Assembly: GCA_044892525.1 (NCBI GenBank)
Contig: CM097885.1
Location: 3,906,001 to 3,970,000 of the forward strand
Source: Schmidtea polychroa
Taxonomy: Eukaryota
DNA length: 64,000 nt
Direction: 5' to 3'
In this document: piece by piece, positions 12,940 through 23,940 of the stretch
Layout of the letters: every line of letters starts with the position of its first letter
Numbering within the stretch: the first letter of the stretch is position 1
The notes under the pieces: model-generated
What the model saw: the letters and a program-made list of their open reading frames with translations, nothing else
Databases searched by the model: none
Told to the model about the DNA's origin: nothing
Position numbers and translations under genes: made by a program

Positions 12940-13146
12940 TCAGCCAATTTGTAGAAAAATGAGACCATTATATACATATAAGGAATTAATTAATTGGAAG
13001 CCAGTTAATACTAGCAACAAATGTATATTTGATTACCAGAAACCAATATTCCAAGAAATGAATGGAATGAAAGTTGTCGAAAATCATAATTCGCAACGCA
13101 ATAAAGTTCTCTTATGTCATGATATGAAAGGCGGTTATCTAGACGA
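12940..13146 (+). pseudogene. engase: Cytosolic endo-beta-N-acetylglucosaminidase (ENGase, GH85) N-terminal fragment
   Basis: RPLYTYKELINWKP..KVLLCHDMKGGYLDD matches the GH85 CHDMxGGYLxD motif; similarity stops after DD. Confidence 0.75.
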
Positions 13147-13379
13147 TGCTCTTACTGAAAATTCTATTGCCAAATTACCAAATCGGATTGCCCCAACCAC
13201 AACAATAATAAATGACGCTTTTATTGTTTTTAAAAAATGAATGGTAAATGAAAATAATTGTCAACTGAAACTCTTTAAAATAATAAAACACCATATTGAA
13301 ATAAAAATTAAGTAAAAATTTGAAAAATTTGAAATTACAACGAAAGACACAAAATATAGAATTCTAATTTTTATTCACA

Positions 13380-14561
13380 AAAGATCTGCTTAGAATTCAT
13401 AACTAACACCAAGCAAATAACTAGATACCAAACAACTAGATACTAACAACCAAGTATATACAACTAGCCACTAACATCTAGAAACTGTCTACATAGTACA
13501 AGATATCCACAACAACAACAACCGGATACCTAGAACTAGTTACCAACAACCTGTTACCAACTAGGTACTACAAATAGCTACCAAGTACCAACCTCAATTA
13601 AATACATGAAGAATCATCGGGTTTTGAGAATTGAAATTTTAAATGAAAAATTTTAAAAGAAATAAATTTTAAAGATGATTTTAAATGAAAATATTTCTTC
13701 AAAAATTAATTTTAATTTTTTTTAATTTTAAACCGCTGGAACAAAAATAGATGTCTTTGTTACTAAAAATAGAACTACCTTGGCGAGTCATCGGATCAAT
13801 GATCGGATCAAAAATGTTACTAAAAATACATTCAAAATGTTACTAAAAATAGATGTCTTTGTTACTAAAAATAGAACGACCTTGATGACTCAGCGGCTGA
13901 TAATTAAAACTTGATGATGATAATAATAATAATAATAATAATAATAATATTAATAATAAATTTTGAAAATATCTTCGAAAATAATAATAATACTATTGAT
14001 AATAATAAATAATATTGAAATTAATAATAATAAATAATAATAATACTATTGATAGTAATAAATAATAAATCCCATGGGCGCGTCATTGTCTTTGTTCAAA
14101 AAATAAATGAGTCATCGATGAGTACTTTTGTATTGCCGTTTGTTTGATATGTATATTATAAGGTTTGAAAAATTTAAACCTTGGATCCTTAGACTCTTTG
14201 ACCTTCAAATTTGGACCATGATACTTACATCTCAAATACCTTTTGTTTGATATGTATATTATAAGGTTTTAAAATTTTTGAACCTTGGACCCTTTCGGTG
14301 GTATGACCTTTGAGGGTATGACCATCATACTCATCTTTGTATTACCTTTTATTTGACATGAATATATCTATATGTATAATTTTTAAAGGTTTGGACCCTT
14401 TGAAGGTTTGAAGGTTCAGGACCATTCATAAACCTTTGAAAGTATGACCATGATACTTACATCTCAAATACCTTTAGTTTGATATGTATATTATAAGGTT
14501 TTAAAATTTTTGAACCGTGGACCCTTGGACCTTCGAACTCACCATCAAAAGTCCTTTTGAA

Positions 14562-14606
<45 letters not shown>

Positions 14607-14664
14607 AAAAATATTTAATTTTGGATACCCTTTGAAGATTATTGACCCACCATATACCTTCGAG

Positions 14665-14720
<56 letters not shown>

Positions 14721-15147
14721 TGAAAAATTCGAAGGTTTTTGACCCTTTGAAGGTTATTGACCAACCATACACCTTCGAGGATATGACCATCTTACTTACC
14801 TCTCAAATACCTTTCGAATGATTTGGTCAAGGTTTGACCTTAAAATATGACCTTGACCTTAAAGTATGACCTTAACCTTAAAATATGACCTTGACCTTAA
14901 AATATGACCTTGGCCTTAGAAAATGACTTTGCCCTTAAAATATGACCTTGATGAGTCATCCCATGGCCTTTTTGAGTCTTGGTCTTTGTTTCAATGTCCT
15001 TGATGAGTCATCGGGTGTTCCTCTGTTTCAATGACCTTGATGAGTCATATGTCTTTGTTTAAAATTTGACCTTGAAAAAAATTTTTTACCCACCGCCGGG
15101 GGGTGTGCCAGAGGTGACATGTGCAAGTGGTGACACATCCTACTACT
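13380..15147. mobile_element. Probable Polinton/Maverick terminal segment with subterminal tandem repeats
   Basis: Ends in ..GGTGACACATCCTACTACT (reverse complement AGTAGT, the usual Polinton terminus). Arrays of GTTACTAAAAATAG, ATGACCTTGACCTTAAAAT and (TA)n precede it. A related end lies at 51901-51919. No Polinton gene is seen. Confidence 0.45.
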
Positions 15148-15936
15148 TTGAGATGATCGCAATGATGACTGTTGCAACGGAAATTGTGATTATGATTGGC
15201 AGGACAACATCGACGATGGCCATTTTCACACGCTTTCAGAAATGATGTTTATATCATTGATGATCTAGTGAAAACATTGTTTGTGAGTAAAATAAGACCC
15301 TCCTGTGGCCCTTTAATCAATCTCTATCGCTATTAATATCAACCATTATCACTCGCGCTTTGTACAAAAACAAAGTTTTAACGGTCCTCATTCTAAATTA
15401 CAGTGGAAACTTCAATGGAGAAGTCTCGCCAGACCTGGTTCGAATCACGGCTGAGGCAACATAGCAGGTGAACAGAGATAAAGCGTTGGTGCTCGATCAA
15501 AGTTGGATGGAATTTTTATTGTAACTTGCGGATTACGTCATAACGTTACACTGGAAGATCGAATCAATACAGAACTGTGAGAGGAGAACCATTGAGTGAT
15601 GCAATAACTAAATATTACCATACAAGAGCAAGTCCAATGGCAATTCGTCATGAGAGCAGGCATTCATGTGAATATTGGCGTTACACCTATTCAGAGATGG
15701 AACTGTTTCCCGTTATTTCCTGTGGCATCACGAGGCTACTCAATCGACAGCATTGATTTCCTCACCTGAAAAAAGAAAGACAGCAAAGCCTTAACCCGGA
15801 AAGTGAAAAAGGACCCGGAAGCTGAAATCTGCGCGAACTAGCCTACCCGATTGGAAACCCGATTGGAATTGGAAAGCAATCATTTTGAATGATAATAAAT
15901 TTTATATATTAAATCATAAATGGAAATTAGTCACTG

Positions 15937-16315
15937 AGGAAGCCACTGATAGGGACCCAATGATAGGAAGCCACTGATAGGAAACCACTTATAGGGAGCC
16001 AATGATAGGAAGCCACTGATAGGAAGCCACTGATAGGAAGCCACTGATAGGAAGCCACTGATAGGAAGCCACTGATAGGAAGCCACTGATAGGAAGCCAC
16101 TGATATGAAGCCACTGATAGGAAGCCACTGATAGGAAGCCACTGATAGGAAGCCACTGATAGGAAGCCATTGATAGGAAGCCCCTGATAGGAAGCCGCTG
16201 ATAGGAAGCCACTGATAGGAAGCCACTGATAGGAAGCCACTGATAGGAAGCCACTGATAGGAAGCCACTGATAGGAAGCCACTGATAGGAAGCCACTGAT
16301 AGGAAGCCACTGATA
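15937..16315. repeat. 14-bp minisatellite (CCACTGATAGGAAG) x about 27
   Basis: Directly visible; explains the three periodic ORFs on the minus strand. Confidence 0.97.
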
Positions 16316-17459
16316 GTTTAAGCTTACGTTTTCAAATTCAGATCTCTATTTATTTAAGTAAAAATCCAAATTCAGGAATTTGAAGTGTCAAGAAACGACA
16401 AATAGAAAGGTCAAGTGAATATAATGATGATAGGGACATATGAAATAGGATACTGCATCTTCTATGATATTTCTGGGAACCTAGAGACACGTCAGGACAT
16501 TAGCAGACCTTGTGAGAAGCTAACCTTTAAATTATGGCTACTATTATGTTGCTATGGTTGATTTTAGTAAAAGAATTTTAATCCTGCGATCTTCGAACCC
16601 ACCTTTAGAAATTGAGTTCACATGCTGAATGATTTTCAACGGCTGTGTACATTCCAAACATAGTGGTTGGCATGGGTATATTGATGGTAAAATGTAAAAT
16701 ATTCATAGAGGCGTTTAAGTAAGAGTTAATGACAAATCTATCAGCAAGTCTAGGACGTTAAAATAACACTCGCCAGATTCTGTGTTATTTGCTAACCGAA
16801 CCTCTAATAATATCTTAACTAGTGACTTGGCCAAGAATTTATAGTGGGGGGGGGTTGAGTTGAGAAATATTTATTAATATTATGGTCAATCATTTGAAGC
16901 GTGGACGAATGAGGGTGCCAAAGGCGCGAAGCACTCATGATAAAGATGCCGTAATAATGACGTCATTCGTTGACTCAATAATATATCAGCGACTCTAGCA
17001 CAATACAACACACTGGCCAGATTCTGAGTTATATGCCAACCGAAACTCTATTGATATCTCAACAACTGCAAGTTTGATTTTAAGAACCTTTTACTTCAGA
17101 TGTACCTAACGAATTTTAGGTTCCTAAATATTTTCTTGTACACTTTCGAGTTAAGATCCTTTAGGTCGCCTTATTATATTTAATTTTTTATATTTTCAGG
17201 ATTTTAAAGATAAATTTCTTTGTTTATTAATTAGTAAAATTAATTCATAAAATTTATCAAATTTCTGAATTTAAATATTAATTAAATATTAATTATTAAT
17301 TTACATGAAATCATTTTTGTTTTAATAATATTGTATTTGAACATTTAGCTAATGAAAAAGTGAATAAATTTATGAAATGTTACATTATTTAATATTAAAT
17401 CATTTCATTAGCTGTTATAAAGATCTCATTACAAATGCAAATATGATTATCATTACATT

Positions 17460-18260
17460 ATCAATAATATGATTAGCAAATCTGACACGAGACCTTTAAG
17501 AGATCCAAATTTCATAAAGATGCAAAGCAAAAATTAAATAAAGTAATTCATTTAATGATTAAAAGAATGCGTAACAGAATTTGATAGAGTTTAGAAAGCA
17601 CCGATTGCCCTCATCGCATCGACAGCTCTCATTTTGGTAAACTTACCCAAACTGATGTGAAAGCAATTTGGAACATTTTATCAGTATTGTTGTTGCGGAT
17701 TGCGTTGAAATGCCTCACAAATAGCTGGCGGAGGTGAAATGTTAAGGCATTAATCAATTTGATATAAGGCAATTTTAGCATTGCATTTAGGTGCATTTTA
17801 CTGCCATTCAATACAGCAATAATTTCTCCACAACTCATATAACATCAGCAGCAGCAGCGATGGCGGGTTTCTCGTCGGTTCCATTCGTCATAGGAGCGCT
17901 TGATTTGTTGAGGCGATTTGTCAGCGCTTATATTCGGGTGGATTTTAATTGGATTATTTCTTTCACATTAATTATTAATTTAATTATAATAATTATTCAA
18001 ATTAATTGATTATATTAATTGATATTAAATGTTTTTGATTTAATTAATTGCTTTTATTTGATGATATAATTGATATTGATATTGCAATTGGCCATTTGCT
18101 GTGAGCGCCCCGCCGCCACATAGAACATTTGCAAATGCAAATCAAGCACTCAGCAGCTATCACCTCACCTATCACTGGATAGAATCAATCAGCCATCTCA
18201 GCCAGTGCGGAATGGATTGCGAGCTTGCAACGGTAGCTGATGCTCATTCATAACCCCTCT
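17460..18260 (+). pseudogene. Ndc80-like fragment copy with a further downstream exon-like block
   Basis: Near-identical to 960-1480 and 32660-33460, with an extra frameshift. Confidence 0.55.
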
Positions 18261-18373
18261 CGATCACTCCTGCCACTGCATTATTAATTTAATTATAATA
18301 AATATTGGATTACATGACTGGGGTTAGGGGTGCTTTATTCGAGGGTCCACCGATTATCGATCAATATTTTCAG

Positions 18374-18770
18374 GGTTCTCTGCGAGACTTTTTGACAGAG
18401 AACGGCCCTCAAAAAGAATATCTAATATCATTCGATTTGCTTAGCGGATTCTAGAGGGAATCGATTATCTCCACGGACAAAATATAATCCATCGATACTT
18501 GACAGGTTTGTCACCGAAACCGGTCGATTTGTGTTTTAGGAGCAAAAGGTCTATTGGATGAGAGTTTGAATGTGAGATTGCGCGGTTCTTCGAAGTGTTT
18601 CAGCGATATCTCCAGTGAGAATTTCTGAGTTGCCGCAGGCGATTCCAGTTTCGGAACTTACAATTGGACCGCACCGGAAGTGATGACCACTGAAGGTTAC
18701 GGCAGCATTGCTGATATTTGGTCATTTGGTGCAATTATGATTGAATTGATCACCGGTGAAATTGATTTTA
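18374..18770 (+). pseudogene. MAP3K (MEKK2/3-like) kinase-domain fragment
   Basis: GSLRDFLTENG..RILEGIDYLHGQNIIHR|small intron|..GTYNWTAPEVMTTEGYGSIADIWSFGAIMIELITGE; HRD and DFG motifs are destroyed. Confidence 0.8.
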
Positions 18771-18942
18771 TCTCCCAATGGCAAATCTGAGTAATTATTG
18801 ATTCAGGCAATTATTGATCCCTATCACGTTTTGACACCCTTTCAAGCAATTTTTTGAATTGGTACGACGAAGAAAAGCATGTTTCCCTCTCAGGTGCCCC
18901 CGTAAGCAATACTAGATTAATCACATCTCATAGGTCCACCAG

Positions 18943-21900
18943 GAAATCAAGGCTTTCATCTTCTCATTCGCAATAAGAAACTCCACCATCTTCGTCGATC
19001 CATATATAGGTAACTCGCTAATCCAGCACAACATCCGTACTTTCTTCGAATCCTTTCCATTTAGAGACTTCGCAGAATGGAATGAGATTGTCATGCCAAT
19101 GTATAATGGTAAAAACAACTGGTTTCTGTTCTTTCTTGACAAACGCCGTAAACTCGCTCTTATAATAGATTCTACAGTTAATGATTCTTACTCTTCTTAC
19201 AACGCTCTTGGCAATAACATCCTCACCACTATCCTTGACTTCCAAAAAATCATTACGCCTGTTGAAATTAAACTAGAGCAAATCCAATATCCACGATGTA
19301 TTAGTCCAGATGAATCAGCCTTCTTTGTGTGCCACATGACTGAATGTTTAATTTTAAATAGAAAATTAACTTCTCCCAATATTCCGAATATGATAGAAAG
19401 AATTAGGATAATATTGACAAAATTAGGTAATACTAGACTGCCTACTGATGATGTAAGAAAATATCGGACATTTATCAGTAGTCTTATAATTGATCTTAAT
19501 ATAGACGCAACCGACTGTGATAATGTACTAGGAGAAATAGAAAAAATAAACGCTAATATCAATGAGAAAAAATATTTAATTAAAAAACCCGCAGATATAG
19601 TCCATAAAAAACAAAAAAATAATAATGAATTAGTCATGATAAAAAGAAATAGGTACAAGTTTAACCCCAAGGAGGAGATTGCGAGAATTTTGAACAACGA
19701 GGTTAATTTTCAAAAGCCCATTATGGCAAATCTCCTTAAGCTTTTTGCAGGTGAAATAGCTAAGTGTCATCCTGAAACAATTAAATATATCCCAAATTAT
19801 CCTGAAAACCACTCGTCTACCCCATTCGATATTGACGAAATTAAATATATTTTCAAACAACTGGACAATACTGCTCCAGGAATGGATTTGATTACCCTAG
19901 CTAATTGGAGGAAAAATTTCTCCTGACTACCAACTAATACTTGCTATATGTAACAATATCATACGGAATGCCAACTGCCCTACAAACTGGAAAACGTTCA
20001 GAACAAAACTCATCCTAAAACCTGGAAAAAGTGAAACAAGTTTTGATGCAAGCTCATGGAGACCAATTTCAATAATGAATACTGCCTACAGAGTATTTTC
20101 ATCACTCTTAAACAACAGACTTCTTGGATAATTAAGGAAGGAAACCTTATATCTAGAAATCAGAAAGCCATAGGAGCCTCTGACGGTTGTGCAGAGCATA
20201 ACCTTATCCTACAATTAATTAAAGACTCCGCCTTCAGAACCAAGAGTGATCTGCACATTGTCTGGCTCGACATTTCTGACGCATTCGGCTCACTACCTCA
20301 TAACCTAATTTGGCACACTCTATCTGCAATGGGCCTTGACTCCAAAACTATTAAACTTATCAAAAATATGTATGATGGCGTAAATACTATCTTTGATTGT
20401 GAAGGGGAAAGATCCCCTGAGGTACCCATAGTTAGGGGAGTTAAACAGGGATGCCCCCTATCTATGACTCTTTTTTGTCTGGCCATAGACTTCATACTTA
20501 GAGGCATCCTCATCAGTCACCCTTTCATCTTTAATAACATGAACATAGGTATACTAGCATATGCCGATGACATTGTGCTGGTGTCTGACTCTTACGCCTC
20601 TATCAAATCTGCCCTATTAGAAACTACCCGGCTTGCTTCATTAGCCAACCTCAGATTTAAACCATCGAAATCTGGTTATTTTCACATTGATCACGAGCTC
20701 AACTTTTTTCCGATAAAGCTATATGGGGAAATCATTCCAAAAATAGATGATTCCAATCTATATAGATACTTAGGAATTGATTTTACCCACAAAAAAAGAC
20801 ACAACATAGACGACAGACTTGAAACTGCCGTTGAGGATACTAGAAAGATTCTCGAATCCCACCTCCATCCATCACAGAAAATAAATGCCTTTAAAATCTT
20901 CATCCATTCTCGTCTTATTTTTCCTTTTCGTAATTGTGAGATCCTTCATGGTGTCCTTGATTCTCATAAGGACAAAATCATCAAAAATAGAGAGCCCCAA
21001 AAAGGTTTTGACCAGAAGATTCGTAAGCTCATCAAAACATCTCTAGGAGATAAACTACTCCAAATTAACAATCATTTCATATACGCATCGGTGAAAATGG
21101 GAGGTATTGGACTAACCTCAGCCATTGATGAATATCTCATACAAAGTATTGTACACCTTGCTCGGGCACTAAATTCTTCTGATATAGGCTTCCAAAATCT
21201 AGTACTAATGGAACTTGCATTATCACGGGGTAATGGCAATATAGAGGCTGCCTTATCATGGATCAATGGTGATACTACAAAAAACTTTGGTTATAAATCA
21301 TTTTTTTCTAAATTCAGGAAATCCGTCGACCTCTTAAGATTAAAATATGGAATTTATGTCAAAATTGTCTTACTAGATGACATGTACCAGCTGGAAATAA
21401 AATACAAAGAAAGGATCAATTATTTCTTCTCCACAAATCTCAACAACACATCATCAGAACTCCACTCAATAATAGGCTTAATCCATGCAGAAAAATGGAT
21501 CAATCTCAAATGCCAAGGGCATATTGCTAAATCCATATTCAATAGTAGCGTGGCTGACTACCTGGTTAAAACTGACACTCTAACCGATGCTCAATACCTA
21601 TTCCTTCTAAGAGCAAGAAACAATCTCCTTAAACTAAACTATGCACCACATAGATTAAAGGCTAAAAAAAATACTCTATGTAGGCAATGCAATTCCCACC
21701 CAGAGACACAGGTGCATGTATTCAATCACTGCCCTGCAAAAATAAATGCAAGAAGAAATAAGCATACACGTGTACTAGAAGCGGTATGTCAATCTCTTCT
21801 TAACTATGGATTCAAAATGGACATCGAACGCAAGCCACAGGGAATCGAAACTACCTTAATACCTGACCTACTCATCAGATCATCGAGAAATAAAATTACC

Positions 21901-23003
21901 CACATTGTAGATATCAAAGTACCTTACGAGCAAAGGGAAAATTTTAAAAAAGCGGATGCAGATAATTACGAAAAATATGCCAATTTGGCAATCGAAATAG
22001 AAAAAACTCATAAAGTAAAGACTACATTGTCTACTTTGATAATAGGTACTCTAGGCTCTTGGTACAACAAAAACGACCAAGTTCTCAGTAAAATAGGTCT
22101 CTCCAAAACTGAAATAAAAAGCCTGGCTAGAAACGCTTGCACAGCTGCGGTAGTAAGCAGCTATCATATCTTTAGAGAACACACCCTTAAGGAATAATAT
22201 ATATATATATATATATATTTATAGTATATAATATCAATGCATACCCATATTTATTTGTACACTATGGTTATTATAAACGTAATACGATAAATACGTAGTT
22301 GTTCAGATTCTCATATGTCTCCTCCAGGGATTGAAAATACCTATAACAATGACTAATATATGTATATATATATGTATATAGGTATAGTTGTATTTATATA
22401 GCTCAAATACTTTACTATTATATTAATATTAACTAATGAGGGGTTTTACTTCTAATATTTTTACTTTTTTACTTTTAATATTTAATTACCAATGCGTTGC
22501 TATTTGCCTCAACTAATAACTCTATCCTCTTCTAATAATCTTTATTTAAACTTGAATAAATATAAATAGAATAATATGGCTTATGGGTAAATGTAGGGGT
22601 CCTTGTATGGACCCCGCCCATAGGATAATACTTTTTTAGGTGTTCATATCTGTAATATATTAAAACCCTTGATACTTTACGACATCCTTTCAATCCCTAG
22701 TATATTATAAGTACATCAGCTATTAACGCTATAAAAATCACAAATGGAGTCTTCCTACTCCGAAATTTTAATCTTAGTAGACAGGAAGCATAAGCTGATT
22801 GGACTGAAAGCCTCCCCAACCGATACTAAACCAAGCCAAAAAAAACCATGTTTGATGCCAGAGTTCCTGACTCCAGCATCCAATGAGAATAGACATAAAA
22901 ATATCAGATTATTTAAGGGTGAGAACCGTTCTCCCCTTCGGCCTTGTGCCAGATTGATGTACATAAAATAAAATTTGATTTTTTTTTTTTTTTTTTTTTT
23001 TTT
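18943..23003 (+). mobile_element. NeSL/R5-like RLE non-LTR retrotransposon A, 5'-truncated, with two compensating frameshifts (about 19915 and 20125) and a T25 tail
   Basis: Ulp1-like domain, RT (WLDISDAFGS, GVKQGCPLS, YADD), CCHC (CRQCNSHPETQVHVFNHC), RLE (PDLLI..VDIKVP). The flanks reconstitute the empty site seen at about 33960-34000. Confidence 0.92.
20056..22197 (+). CDS. RT-CCHC-RLE portion of element A (true frame from about 20126)
   Basis: ORF track 713 aa with YADD and PD..D.K motifs. Confidence 0.85.
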   Translation: METNFNNEYCLQSIFITLKQQTSWIIKEGNLISRNQKAIGASDGCAEHNLILQLIKDSAFRTKSDLHIVWLDISDAFGSLPHNLIWHTLSAMGLDSKTIKLIKNMYDGVNTIFDCEGERSPEVPIVRGVKQGCPLSMTLFCLAIDFILRGILISHPFIFNNMNIGILAYADDIVLVSDSYASIKSALLETTRLASLANLRFKPSKSGYFHIDHELNFFPIKLYGEIIPKIDDSNLYRYLGIDFTHKKRHNIDDRLETAVEDTRKILESHLHPSQKINAFKIFIHSRLIFPFRNCEILHGVLDSHKDKIIKNREPQKGFDQKIRKLIKTSLGDKLLQINNHFIYASVKMGGIGLTSAIDEYLIQSIVHLARALNSSDIGFQNLVLMELALSRGNGNIEAALSWINGDTTKNFGYKSFFSKFRKSVDLLRLKYGIYVKIVLLDDMYQLEIKYKERINYFFSTNLNNTSSELHSIIGLIHAEKWINLKCQGHIAKSIFNSSVADYLVKTDTLTDAQYLFLLRARNNLLKLNYAPHRLKAKKNTLCRQCNSHPETQVHVFNHCPAKINARRNKHTRVLEAVCQSLLNYGFKMDIERKPQGIETTLIPDLLIRSSRNKITHIVDIKVPYEQRENFKKADADNYEKYANLAIEIEKTHKVKTTLSTLIIGTLGSWYNKNDQVLSKIGLSKTEIKSLARNACTAAVVSSYHIFREHTLKE

Positions 23004-23210
23004 AATAATCAAAAATCACCTCATAGGGCAGCATTGAACCATTCTGACAGCTGTTGATGCTCACTGCGGTTTCCTTTCAGCACTGTTTCTTGTTACACGC
23101 CATCATCGGTTCTTGTTTGGTGCTCATCTGGTGCGCATTTGCACATATCCACGCCAACTGAACGCGATTCCTCACAGCAAGTTGATAAGCTTTCCAATTG
23201 AGCGCTTTAG

Positions 23211-23244
<34 letters not shown>

Positions 23245-23597
23245 AATTTTATTTTAACTAAATTTCTAGGGCCACCTGGCCAGGAAGGGGAGATCGATTC
23301 TCACCCTTATGTAATCTTCTGCTTTTATTCAATACTCTGTGGATGTTAGAGTGCAATACTCCTTCATCTAACGTGTTTTCTTTGAAACCTTCAGTCTGGC
23401 TTGTGGTCTGGGTTCCATTCTGAAGCTCCTGAAGTCTCATTCAACATTTATAGGTAGGCATCTTTGAGAAGAGTAGGTATAATCATGGCTAATCACAGGT
23501 TTGATCAGCCATGTCTCGTATAGATAGGAGATAGACTGATTGTAGATAAGGTTATGCTTTGGTATACTTATATATAGATAAAGATATAGATTTTTGT

Positions 23598-23940
23598 AGC
23601 AGGTCACATAGAATAGATTGATTGCACATAGGGCGTTCTTATATTGTATGATAGGAGAGATCAGGTAGTAGTTGATGTTTTCCGAGGGTTGATCGTGGGA
23701 ATGAATTCGGTTGTGATTGTAGCAGGTCTCAGTGTGATGATAGATTAGATTGATTGCACATGGGACGTTCTTATAGGAGAGATCAGGTAGTAGTTGATGT
23801 TTTCCGAGATTTGATCGTAGGAGTGAATTCGGTTGTGATTGTAGCAGGTCTCAGTGTGATGATAGAGTAGATTGATTGCACCGGGACGTTCTTATATTGT
23901 ATGATAGGAGAGATCAGGTAGTAGTTGATGTGTTCCGGGA
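23598..23940. repeat. About 120-bp tandem repeat x about 3 in the 3' UTR of element B
   Basis: AGCAGGTC..GATTGATTGCAC..GGAGAGATCAGGTAGTAGTTGATG recurs at about 23598, 23720 and 23843. Confidence 0.85.

Noticed and set aside
15384-15455. tRNA-like B box GGTTCGAATC
   Set aside because: No convincing acceptor, D or anticodon stems; at best a decayed tRNA-derived piece.
15927-16310. Periodic ORFs (ASYQWLPISGFLSV)n and a possible CRISPR-like array
   Set aside because: A pure 14-bp tandem repeat with no unique spacers; stop-free frames arise trivially; eukaryotic context.
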